Positions 1 to 12,065 of a stretch of 64,000 nt of DNA are shown piece after piece. The DNA lies in contig NC_068985.1 of assembly GCF_001194135.2 (NCBI RefSeq), positions 121,817,096 to 121,881,095 of the forward strand, read 5' to 3'. This DNA comes from Octopus bimaculoides (lineage: Eukaryota). The notes beneath the pieces are model-generated. The model saw nothing but the letters and a program-made list of their open reading frames with translations, did not search any database and was not told where the DNA came from. Numbering within the stretch: the stretch's first letter is position 1; each line of letters begins with the position of its first letter. The position numbers and the translations under genes are program-made.

Positions 1-170
1 TGTAAGCTATGGACACATAAGAGGTGCAGCAATATTAAACGAAGGCTAACTAGCAAGATAGTTTTTGTATGTGGTAGATGCTCAGGAGCAATAAACACTG
101 AAAATGTGCAGAAAACAACCTTTGCTACACTCCAGGGAGAAAAACTAGAAGTAGTTGATAGCTTCCACTA

Positions 171-397
171 CATTTGACGGATATTTGTCCTCATCTTGTT
201 TGTTGTTAACACAACGTTTCGGCTGATGTACCCTCCAGCCTCAGGTTCAAAATTTCCGCAAGACACCTGACGAAGGCTGGAGGGTACATCAGCTGAAACG
301 TTGTGTTAACAACTAACAAGATGAGGACAAATATCCGTCAAATGTAAATAATGTAAATAATGAAAAAAATTCCTCATCTCTTAAATATAGAACTGTA
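171..397. repeat. Fold-back (inverted-repeat) insertion carrying a hammerhead-like motif
   Basis: Arms at 171-241 and 274-344 are near-perfect reverse complements. The segment interrupts the RTE at a point that is contiguous in the 4415-4799 copy (gatagcttccgcta|tctgggtgaccaag). Confidence 0.85.
262..307 (+). ncRNA. Putative minimal type I hammerhead ribozyme (dimer-type)
   Basis: GACAC-CTGACGA-a-GGCTG(10-nt loop)CAGCT-GAAA-CG-T-T-GTGTT. Stem I is 262-266/303-307, stem II is 275-279/290-294, stem III is the palindrome ACGT, and the cleavage triplet is GUU. Confidence 0.55.
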
Positions 398-1852
398 CTA
401 GGTGACCAAGTTTGTAGCGGGGGAGGGTGCGCTGAAAGTGTAGCTGCTAGAATAAGAATAGCCTGGGCAAAGTTTAGAGAGCTCTTACCTCTGCTGGTGA
501 CAAAGGGCCTCTCACTCAGAGTAAAAGGCAGACTGTATGACGCATGTGTACAAACTTCCATACTACATGGCAGTGGAACATGGGCCTTGACTGCTGAGGA
601 CATGTGTAAGCTTGCAAGAAACAAAGTCAGTATGCTCCGATGGATATGTAATGTCAGTGTGCATACTCGATAGAGTGTAAGTACCTTGAGAGACAAGTTA
701 GACCTAAGAAGCATCAGTTGTGGTGTGCAAGAGAGAAGATTGCGCTGGTATGGTCATGTGGCAAGAATGGATGAGGATAGTTGTGTGAAAAAGAGCCACA
801 CCCTAGCAGTTGAGGGAACCGTTGGAAGAGGAAGACCTGGGATGAGGTGGTGAAGCACGACTTTCGAACTTTAGGCCTCACTGAGGCAATGACTAGTGAC
901 CGGGACTTTTGGAAATCTGCAGTACATGAGAAGACCTGGCAAGCCACGTGAGAGCATAATCTGTGGCCTCTGCCAGAAGTGTAGTCAGCTCACTTATTCG
1001 TATCTTTACTTCATTGGACACTAAACTCTGCTTGCGAAGACCTGTTGAGGCAAGTGAATTTGAAATCGAAATCAAACCAAATTTGACAACTGGCGCGAAG
1101 ACCTGTTGGGGGCAAGTGAAATCAAAATCGTAATTGAACCATATTTGATGACTGACACCTGTGCCAGTGGAGCACTAACAGCACTATCCGAGCATGATCA
1201 TTGCCAGAGCAGCTGTCTGGCTTCCGTGCTAGTGACCCGTAAATAGCACCATTTGAGCATGATCGTTACCAGCATTGCCTTACTGGCACTTGTGCCGGTG
1301 GCATGTAAAAGCACCCACTACACTCTCGGAGTGGTTGGTGTTAGGAAGGGCATCCAGCTGTAGAAACTCTGCCAGATCAGATTGGAGCCTAGTGCAGCCA
1401 TCCGGTTCACCCGTCTTCAGTCAAATCGTCCAATCCATGCTAGCATGGAAAGCAGATGTTAAACGATGATGATGATGATATTTTATTCAACTCTGCTTTA
1501 TGCAATGTTATTTCATTCTGGCTTGATCAAGCTTTATGTAGATCAGCATACATACTGTATGCTGTTTTAATAAGATAAATTTTGTTCTTATCATGCTGTG
1601 AATGACAGATTTGGTTGTTGTAGCTGATAAAGTGAAAAGAAGCAGAAATGCCTGCATCCTAAGATTCAAAGATGTCACTCACAGCCCAGGATGTGTTTTC
1701 ACATGTCTAGGAGATGAATTTTGTCCCAGGACTAGTTCCACAACAAAGGTTCTTATGCAAATTCATTTGAATATGTCAAATATGACTTTACACGTGCGCG
1801 CGTGTGTGCATGCCCATGCATGCGTGTGCAAATGTGTGTTGATGTACGTATA

Positions 1853-2220
1853 TTCTTTTATTTGTTTCAGTCATTTGACTGTGGCCATGCTGGAGCACCG
1901 TTTTTAGTTGAGCAAATTGACCCCAGGACTTATTCTTTGTAAGCCTAATACTTATTCTATCACTCTCTTGCTGAACCGCTAAGTGACAGGGACATAAGCA
2001 CACCAGCATCGGTTGTCAATCGATGTTGCGGGGACAAACACTGACACACAAACACACAGAGACACATATGACAGTTTCTGTCTACCAAATCCACTCACAA
2101 GGCTTTGGTCAGCCCAACGCTATAGTAGAAGACACTTGCCCAAGGTGCCACGCAGTGGGACTGAACCCAGAAACATGTGGTTGGTAAGTAAGCTACTTAC
2201 CACACAGCCACTCCTGCGCC
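1853..2220 (-). mobile_element. tRNA-derived SINE, near full-length (family A)
   Basis: The minus strand begins ggcgcaggagtggctgtgtggtaagtag...gggttcagtccc (A/B-box-like) and ends gactgaaacaaataaaagaa. Closely matches 54221-54648 and many decayed copies. Confidence 0.85.
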
Positions 2221-2224
2221 TATA

Positions 2225-2265
<41 letters not shown>

Positions 2266-3187
2266 TGCATAGACACCATTGCACGAAATGCTTGCCTCTT
2301 GAATCACTAACTTTTGTTGATTAAATAAATGTATGTGTATGCATATGATATATATTTATATATATGTAAATATGTGTATATATATATATATTTGTATAAT
2401 GTCTATTATACATACATACATACATATATGAATATGCTTATTGTATATATAGCATATGCATGTTTGTGCATATATGTAAGCTGTCAGTTTCTACAACTTT
2501 TATTTTTGCTCCTGGAACTGCATAACATTTAACTGATGAGTCAACCCAACCATAGATGTACATCTGATATGTATTAGTAGATATATAGGTTGTCTGCTAG
2601 CCTTGTGTTCTTCACTGCAAAGTTTACAATAAATTGTCTACTCATATATTGGAGCAGGGAGCAGCTGCATGGCTGCTTGACCTGCTAGAAATAGCAGGGA
2701 AATTATGCTAAATCATTCTCTACCAATGGATATATTTGCATAACACCATTTGGTGTACACTGTCTGAAAGTCAGAGAGATATCAGGTAATAATATACAAG
2801 AGTGTATGCATGTGTATGTATTTGTATGTTCATAAATATATATGTGTGTGTGTGTGTACACATATATATCTATATATGTATTTACATACACACACACACG
2901 TGTATACTCACACACACTTATGGTGGGATGGATTTCCAAGCATCTTCTTGCTACCAATTCTACTAATAAGGTTTTGATTGGCCTGCAGCTTTTATAGAGA
3001 TGCCACACAGCAGGACTGAACCTGAAACCACATGGATGGGAAGCAAATTACATAACCACACATCTATAGCACTTTTCAAAAGAGAATTCTTATATATGAT
3101 AACCAATATACATTTTCATAAGCACATTAATTACTTTCAAAATTAACTTATTTTTGATATCAAAGATTTATAGAATTGTAAAAACGA

Positions 3188-3425
3188 GGACGGCGAGCTG
3201 GCAGAGTGGTTAGCACACCGGGTGAAATGCTTAGCGGTATTTTGTCTGTCTTTACGTTCTGAGTTCAAATTCCGCTGAGGTCGACTTTGCCTTTCATCCT
3301 TTTGGGGTCAATAAATTAAGTACCAGTTACGCACTGAGGTTGATGTAATCTACTTAATGCCTTTGTCTGTCTTTGTTTGTCCCCTCTATGTTTAGCCCCT
3401 TGTGGGCAATAAAGGAATAAGAATT
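3188..3425 (+). mobile_element. tRNA-derived SINE (family B)
   Basis: ggcgagctggcagagtggttagcac...gagttcaaattccgctgaggtcgactttgcctttcatcc. Second good copy at 16762-16975, plus many decayed copies. Confidence 0.75.
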
Positions 3426-4414
3426 GTAAAAACATTTTTATTTTCTCCATTAAAACTAAAAATTATAGGAAGACTAGTGCACATACATCATCATTGTTTT
3501 AATGTCCACTTCTCCATGCTTTCATGGGTCAGATGGAATTTATTTAGGCAGATTTTCTACAGCATGATACCCTCACTGTTGCCAAAACATCACCTGTTTC
3601 CAAGTAAGGTAATGTTCCCCATGGCCACACCAAGTTCCATACTCTATTTTGGTTTGATTTCTGCAGCTGGATGCCTTTCCTAATGCCAACCACTTTACAG
3701 AGGGTACTGGGTGCTTTTTATATGGCACCAACACCTACTCCAATGCTTTTTATGTGGCACTTTGTCTTTATGATCTCAATTCTTTTGTGTTGGGCTGGTC
3801 TTCTTGAGTGCAGTAATGTGTCACATATCTCTTGTTTATCAATAATCATTCTGTCTGATCAAAAAAAATTAGATCCTGCAGGTTTACTTGAGGTTTGTAT
3901 AGGATTATTTGATGTATGTGATTATATTGGCTTATACATACTAAATGTTCTAAAAATGAACTTCACTTCATTAAATTTAAGATTATACAGAGATGGTTGG
4001 CTAGCTATTTATCATCATGTCAACAGGTATACATATGATACCTTTAAGAAAATTTTATTGGCATATTCAAGAATTTTGGTCTAAAGAGAACTATAAAATA
4101 ATACAGCATTAGCAGCCCAGGTGTCAGTCATAACTTACACAAACAAAGAAATATAAACCATAAAGTAAACCAAATGAGAAATTTATGCATATTAACAAAA
4201 GTTCCTGTCATTTACCAATAGCCTTTAAAAATATAGTTAGCAGAAGAGTCCTCAGCCTCTTTTCAAATGAAGAAATCTTTCGTAAGGAAACCTTATATTT
4301 TAACAGTGCTCTTGAAAACAGTAGTTTTAAAAACTAATTACTTCCTCACTCTACTACCATATTACACTAAGAATAGATCCTCTAATATTGTGTTATCCAC
4401 ACCCCTTTTTCCTT

Positions 4415-5576
4415 TAAGCGTACCCGGTGCAAGCTATGGACACATAAGAGGTGCAGCAACATCAAAGGCAGGTTAACTAGGAAGTTAGTTTTTGTTTGTG
4501 GCAGATGTCCAGGTGCAATAAAGACTGTAAACAAACAGGAAACAACTTCTATCTCATTCTAGGGTGAAAAACTAGAGGTAGTCGATAGCTTCCGCTATCT
4601 GGGTGACCAAGTTAGTAGTGGGGGTGGGTGCGCTGAAAGTGTAGCTGCTAGAATAAGAATAGCCTGGGCAAAGTTTAGAGAGCTCTTACCCCTGCTGGTG
4701 ACAAAGGGACTCTCACTCAGAGTAAAAGGCAGACTGTATGACGCATGCGTACGAACAGCCATGCTACATGGCAGTGAAACATGGGCTGTAACTGCTGAGN
4801 NNNNNNNNNNNNNNNNNNNNNNNNNNNNNNNNNNNNNNNNNNNNNNNNNNNNNNNNNNNNNNNNNNNNNNNNNNNNNNNNNNNNNNNNNNNNNNNNNNNN
4901 NNNNNNNNNNNNNNNNNNNNNNNNNNNNNNNNNNNNNNNNNNNNNNNNNNNNNNNNNNNNNNNNNNNNNNNNNNNNNNNNNNNNNNNNNNNNNNNNNNNN
5001 NNNNNNNNNNNNNNNNNNNNNNNNNNNNNNNNNNNNNNNNNNNNNNNNNNNNNNNNNNNNNNNNNNNNNNNNNNNNNNNNNNNNNNNNNNNNNNNNNNNN
5101 NNNNNNNNNNNNNNNNNNNNNNNNNNNNNNNNNNNNNNNNNNNNNNNNNNNNNNNNNNNNNNNNNNNNNNNNNNNNNNNNNNNNNNNNNNNNNNNNNNNN
5201 NNNNNNNNNNNNNNNNNNNNNNNNNNNNNNNNNNNNNNNNNNNNNNNNNNNNNNNNNNNNNNNNNNNNNNNNNNNNNNNNNNNNNNNNNNNNNNNNNNNN
5301 NNNNNNNNNNNNNNNNNNNNNNNNNNNNNNNNNNNNNNNNNNNNNNNNNNNNNNNNNNNNNNNNNNNNNNNNNNNNNNNNNNNNNNNNNNNNNNNGACAC
5401 GTAAAAGCACCCACTCCACTCTCTGAGTGGTTGGCGTTAGGAAGGGCATCCAGCTGTAGAAACTCTGCCAAATTAGATTGGAGCCTGGTGTTGCCATCCG
5501 GTTTCACCAGTCCTCAGTCAAATCGTCCAACCCATGCTAGCATGGAAAGCGGACGTTAAACGATGATGATGATGAT
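4415..5576 (+). mobile_element. RTE-clade LINE 3' fragment spanning an N gap (4800-5395), ending in the RTE tail with (GAT)n
   Basis: ORF-track frame TKGLSLRVKGRLYDACVRTAMLHGSETWAVTAE. After the gap the sequence matches the 1310-1480 tail and ends aaacgatgatgatgatgat. Confidence 0.8.
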
Positions 5577-5639
5577 TTCTTAGTCCCAATAAACATTTTC
5601 CAATTGATCATCATTACAGGAAAGTCTTTAAAAGGAACT

Positions 5640-6140
5640 TCATAAAAGTTAGTTGCAAACAGTATAATGCATGAGTCAAGAATACCACTCCACTCAAGGA
5701 AAACTGATCCTATAGAAAACTAATGCTTGCTCTCTCAATCAGTCATGCAATGCCAAAACTATAATATATGAAGCAGAAATTGTTTCTGCAAATTTTAATT
5801 GAATGACAGTGCAAAAGTACAACATAGAAATGACAGGATAAATTTAATCAATGACATTTTAATCATATGTCATCCTTCAGCATGATCAAAAGAGGAACAA
5901 AATCTTTGTCAAGCCGCTTTTGAGCTTACATAACACTGATTTCAATATTAAGTGGAAGATTCTATAGGAAACAGATTCCGTATAAATTTGCACATATGAG
6001 ATCTTTATATTGAAAAAACACACGCAGAGAAAATTTGTAAATTACCTAAATACAAGATCAGAATTTTTGTTGAAGTATCACCTATTTGACAAATTGATGC
6101 TTAACTGCATGAGAATGGATAAAACTTAGTACTTAAGTTT
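5640..6140 (+). mobile_element. Decayed Penelope-like element fragment (GIY-YIG endonuclease region)
   Basis: Manual translation across frameshifts gives IYEAEIVSA, a KST/YIGMT-like segment, NHMSSFKHDQKRNK-like and DFNIKWKIL, then a Cys-containing tail. This order matches the C-terminal GIY-YIG domain of PLEs. There are many stops. Confidence 0.5.
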
Positions 6141-9100
6141 CTTAATCCTTAGTTGGATAACCTTGTTACCTGGTCAGTTGTGCTAACTACAACATCTGAT
6201 ACCATGGTTTGCATGGCTATATGGTTAACAACAGACATGAGGTTTGATTCCTTAAGTGATATTACAACATTTTTCTGTTTTTTGTATTGTGTGTGTGAGC
6301 ATGTGTATGACTGTATAATAAAATTATACTGGATTTTGGCACATTGTCAATTTGTTAAACAATCCAGGTTGGACTTCTTGAATTTGGAAGTAAATAATCC
6401 TATATTTCTGATGGTCTGGTATATTTCTGTTCAATGATAACATAGTGTTCTACACATTTTAATCTCAACAAAGTTGTTTATTGAAAATATGTTTAAAATA
6501 TAAGTATTGTATCTGGTTTAAATAATTTATTTCTAAGAAAAATCACAACCCTTCTATACACTAGTGTCCTCCCCCATAGCAGTTCCATGATATTTGTTGT
6601 TTCCTTATGAGCACACAATGCACATCCATGCCAAACATCATTGTCACCCATGTTAAGAACTACTGTAGTAGACCTATGATCAAAGTTGTTCCAGCTATGA
6701 ACATCCGAGATTTTTATATATTATTCAATATGTCCAATTTTTTTAAGACGGTAGAATGTGGCATGAGAGAAATTTGGCAGCTATTTCTAGCATTTTAGCA
6801 ATTACATAGTAGTATCTTTGTTGGCTTATGTGAGTGATGTGTGCTGTGATGAACCTTTTTTTTTTTGTTTTGACATTTTTCTTTTACTGTGTGCAATTTG
6901 TTGGCTAAGTGCTATCATACTTTATAGTACAGTGACCCTGATACAATATTTTAATTGTAAGATATTTTTACTTTGTTAATAGTGACTAGAAACAACTGAT
7001 ATATAATTAAAATAACAGTTTAAATCATTGTTTCTTGTAAGGACAAGGATGCTGAAAGGATTGAAAAATTGGTGAGGGGTATAAATGACCATGTGTAAAT
7101 AAATGTCAAAGTGATTTTAAAACTTCTTTTAATTTGTCCAACACCATGATGAAAAACGAAGAGTTATATACATGCAAAACCTTGTCTTCTCTTGAGTAGG
7201 GAAGGGTTCAGTAAATAACTTCCACTTTTTTTTTTTTGTGGTGGGATGCTAGTACTTCTCAGTTTGAAAACCACCAATTTAAATGATTTTTTCTTATTCA
7301 TGATGGTGATGGTACAGTAGCAGCAGTGATGATGATGATGTCATGGATATTAATTAATTTCGCTTCCATTATCCATTTGTTTTGACAAGTTCTGGAAAAT
7401 TGTTACTATTTTGTCATCAGATGTCATTATTTTTAGTGTATGATATGTTATAGTTTGTAAATATTTGTATAACATTTAATGGATGTAACTACCAAGATGG
7501 GACAGGTGGGTTGGGAACTATTGGTGTTGATGTTATTGCCAGATCTGATCAAACAGATCTGATCAAACAATTAATGTCATTCCAGTTGTGGCCATCCTTC
7601 ACTTGCTGTTTGTTTTCATACATAGTATATATATATAGAACAGCAAGTCTTAGCCCTGGGGAAAAACCCAACTCCTTTCCTTTCGGAAAATTCAGGAGAG
7701 AAAATTATTTTTTAAGGCCCAAAACTTCCTTTACATTATTCACACTACTTTTTTTTTACCAGATTTGATTTTTAAGGACGTTAATGTTAAATTGTGCTAT
7801 TTACAAGACTACTTTTTTCCCTATTATATGTGGAGAGAGGTCAAGATAAACTGGTGAAGTTAGGGGATGGAATGCAGAAAAATGGTTAAGAAACCCTTAT
7901 CTAGAACAACATTATCCAATAAGTATTCCTCTTTTTTTTAAATTTAAAAAATTTTTTTTTTTTTTTTATAATGGTTAAGCATAATTTGAAGGAGATTTGT
8001 ATGTTGTCTCTAGGAACAATAAGGAACAATATAGAGGCTGCCTATGTGAATACTATCTTTTTATAAGGACTTGATACAAAAAAAATGAAATTTGTCTATT
8101 AACCCCACTCTCATTGGGTACATACACCCTAAGTGATAATATTTTTCTTTATATTTTCCTCTCAATCAAAAGGCAAGGCTCAACCATGACAGTTGAATTT
8201 TGTCTCCTATTATAATCCCAATCTCGTTTTAAGATGCGTTATAGTAATATAAATCTACCTCAGTACTTGACTGGTACTTTATTTTATTGACCTTGGAAGG
8301 ATGGAAGGCAAAGTTAACTTCAAAAGTATTTGAACTCAGGATGTAAAAGTCTGGAACTAAATACTAGAGGGCAATTTTTATTTTAAAAAGTAACATTTTA
8401 TGATTTGGTCAGAGGAGGAAGGGCACTATGATTGTTTTCATAGTTTTGTAACTATTAGAGGGAGGGAGTAAGTTATCCACAGGTTGCAGATCTGGCTGAA
8501 ATACATGCAACAGAATGGACTATACTAAAAGTACACAAGGGTCATGTGGAGATGCTGAACAAAGTGACAAATTAAGTCTACCACAAGAATAGGAACAGTT
8601 GTTACTCTGATGTATTTCTGCTTAATTTTCATCTCCCAGATTCCATTCACAAAGTATCAACCAACTCAAGACTGTAGTACAAGACACTTGTCCAATGTAT
8701 TGCACCATTGACTAAAACTTAGATCATGTAGTTGTAAAGCTAACTTCTTAACTCCAAAGCCATACCTGCATCCATATGCTCCAATGCTCTAGTAATTCTG
8801 CCAAGAACCCTATTATTGCACTCTATGCAGGAAATACTTGGTTTGTTGTTATTCTTGAATTTTTTTCACCCTTATCTATTTATATTTCTTTAAAATTTTT
8901 CTTTGCAGTTTCCAAGATAATATAACATCATTGATTATAGATTTCCAATCAAACAATCACTTGGTCACTATTTTTAGGATAGCTAGAGGGATAATAATAA
9001 TAATAATCATAATCATACAAAAAGAGACCCTGTGCCACCTCTGACAGCAGGCTGCTGTCTGCTCTCACAGAATCGACCAGCATTCTGAGAAGTAAAACAA

Positions 9101-10129
9101 TAATAATGATGGTGAAGCTAGTGACAATTATTGTTGGATCCTTGGGGACAGTATTAGAAGGCATCAAAAGGAATATAAAGGAAATCAGAATAGAATGCCC
9201 AGTAGAACCATTACAAAAGGTTTTCATCCTTGGCATGGCTAGAATAATCAAGAAAGTATTAGATAGTTAGAAAGAACAAATAGCATGGTATCATAGGCTG
9301 CAGGTAGCAAGCCTACTATGCATGCAAGACTCCAGGAGTACCAACAAAACCTGAGATAAAAAGAAATAATAATGATAATAACATGTTTTTAATTTAGAGA
9401 AAACGTCAGCAATTTTGAGGGAAAGGGATTAGTTGAACCATCAACTCCAATACTTGGCTGGTTTATAATTTTATTGATCCTGGAATGATGAAAAGCAAAG
9501 TTAACCTTAGCAGGATTGGAATTCAGAATGTGAAAAAAGTTGGAACAAGTACTGCAAGTAGACTTATAGTGCAATTGAACCAGAGATCACATGGTAACAA
9601 AATAAACTCTGTATCTACATGGTCATGCCTTCTCCTGTAATGTACAATGAATGTAAAAAAAAAAAAGAAAATGACAAGTTGGTCATAGCTGGAATGCTTT
9701 TGATTGTATAGTTTTTCATTCAGAGATCACCCAGGTTTAATCAACAACAACAGCCCCACTTGCTTAAGTTCACCACTTAAAACATTTTGGTAATGTCACA
9801 AAGTGCATTAATACTTGTAGTTACTATTATGTAAATCTATAATCAGAGTATGGATTCTGTGAGTTCTTGGGCAAATGTCCATAAATATTCTCTATTTTTC
9901 ACTGACTCTTGTCTTAGATGTTCACATCTGGTTGGCAGCTGACTTCTTGTCTAACAGTGCATGTTTTATGTTTTATGTTTTGAAGTAATTTGTCAGGCCT
10001 GGTAGTGTGTTCTTGCATTTAGTTGAAGTGATTGGAATGTTGCACTTGTATGTATGTGTGGTGTGTGTGTGTGTGTATGCTTGTGTGTGTTGTTGAAATG
10101 TGTTACTGGATTACATTATTCTGCACTAC

Positions 10130-10423
10130 TAGTACTCTAGACAGTTTTAAACATATTTGTGTGTAAGCGTGTGTTTATGTGTATGCATGCCAATCTGTGT
10201 GTATGTGTATCTGAGCATGTGTGTTTGTGTGCATATATGTATGTGTAGGTATCTATGTATACAAGAGTTGTCTACACATGTGTGTATGCATGTATACATG
10301 TCTGTGCTTGTATGTACATGCTTGCATTTATGTGTATATATATGTGTGTGTGTGTGTTCATATATGTATGAATCTATAAGTGTATGTGTTCTCATGAATG
10401 TATGTTCCCTCATGTATATATGC

Positions 10424-10467
<44 letters not shown>

Positions 10468-10550
10468 CTTTGTATGTATGTATATGTTTGCATGTATTGT
10501 GTACATGTGTGCATACATACATGTGTGCATACATACATGTGTGTGTGTAT
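10130..10550. repeat. Degenerate (TG/TA/TATG)n low-complexity tract
   Basis: Alternating purine-pyrimidine tract. It explains the spurious CV/YI/HT-rich ORFs. Confidence 0.9.
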
Positions 10551-11750
10551 AGCTAAATTTTCCAATCCTTTTATTCTTTGTCTAAAGTATAAGAATGTCA
10601 TAGAAACTGAACTACTAATATATTTGATACAAAGAACATTTAAAAAGAACCAATATTATTTTCATCATTTCAATATAGGTGCAGGCATGGCTCTGTGGAT
10701 AAGAAGCTTGCTTTGTAACCATGTGGTTTTGGGTTCAGTCCCAATGTGCAGTACCTTGGCCAAGTATCTTCTGCTATAACACCAGGTCTACCACCACTTT
10801 GTGAATGAATTTGGTAGATGGAAACTGAAAAAATCCCATTGTGTAGATGTGTGTTTGTGTCCCCCCAACCACCACCACCACAACCACTACTTGACTACTG
10901 GTGTTGACATGTTTACAACTCCATAACTTTGTGGCTCATCAAAAGTGACTGATAGAATATGTTCAACTGAGATGGGAGGGGAGTAGTATTGCAGAGTGTG
11001 ACTTTGTGCCAGATGAGAGGCTAGAGTATGAGTAGAGGGACAGAAATTTGTGTCTTGCAGTAAAGGAAATACAGAGATACTTCAGTAGGAGAGAGAAAGG
11101 GGAGGGAAAATGGTGAAGATGTGATGGAAGGAGGGGTACAGTCAAATTACAGGCTGGTGTAACTTGATTAAAATCATCTGCTTTTCTTGTTTTACATTTA
11201 CTTTTCTTTTGTTTTACAGTTACTTCCCAAAGCATAGGAAGGAGTGCATGTAAAATGCTGTTCGGTGAAAGGGTTGAGAACCTTTATTTGGAAGTATCAT
11301 ATAGTCATGCTAATGCATGTACACACACACATACACACACACACAAGCATCTAAAGATATATTGTCTCTTCTGGATTGATAAAAGTTTATGGACACTAAC
11401 ATCAATGTTTATACATTGATATGCCAACTTAAGGAAATAGACATACATAAAATACACATCTATGCATAACTGTTATATAAACATTTTATAATATACTCAC
11501 ACATATATAGAATCATAGCCATATTTGCACACATACCTCTGTCATATACACACAATTGTAATCACATAAACTTACATTTATACTCAGTCACAAAGGAACG
11601 CATGTATACACATGTAGATAAAAATCAACATAGGCACCCATAAATAATTCATGTTGAAACATGTGCACATATTCCCATTACATCGCAATACACATACCCA
11701 AACTTACCCACATGCGTGTACCATTCTTTTATTGGTTGGGTCAACAAAAA

Positions 11751-12065
11751 GTGCACTCTATCCAGTGAGAGATATGTGTTATTTAATACACATAGGATTT
11801 AAGTGCAAGCTATAATACAATAGCTGAATGAGCTTGTATAGCAAGGTCTGGACTTATTTGTATTTTTTACCTTTTTGAGCTTGAATGATTGCGTGATGGT
11901 ACACTGCTGCAGTGTACCATCACGCAATCATTCAAGCTCAAAAAGGTAAAAAATACAAATAAGTCCAGACCTTGCTATACAAGCTCATTCAGCTATTGTA
12001 TTATAGCTTGCACTTAAATCCTATGTGTATTAAATAACACATATCTCTCACTGGATAGAGTGCAC
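11751..12065. repeat. Perfect 315-bp palindrome (157-bp arms, 1-nt spacer at 11908)
   Basis: gtgcactctatccagtgag...ggtacactgc-T-gcagtgtacc...ctcactggatagagtgcac. No mismatch found on manual comparison, including homopolymer lengths. Confidence 0.92.

Larger units (their letters stand above)
1..1480 (+). mobile_element. RTE-clade LINE, 3' fragment (end of ORF plus 3' UTR ending in (GAT)n), interrupted by an insertion at 171-397
   Basis: Translates to degenerate RTE C-terminal motifs (RIRIAWAKFRELLPLLVTKGLSLRVKGRLYDACV...LHGSGTWAL; RRLRWYGHVARMDEDSCVKK...GRGRPG). The 3' UTR has a ~61-bp tandem duplication (1034-1157) and ends gttaaacgatgatgatgatgat. Colinear with the copies at 4415-4799 and 35860-36150. 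Confidence 0.85.

Noticed and set aside
4595-5507. Long ORFs in the track (also at 35.4, 40.1, 50.2 and 51.5-52.1 kb)
   Set aside because: Their length comes from N gaps (4800-5395, 35566-35665, 40139-40527, 50432-50484, 51780-52071).
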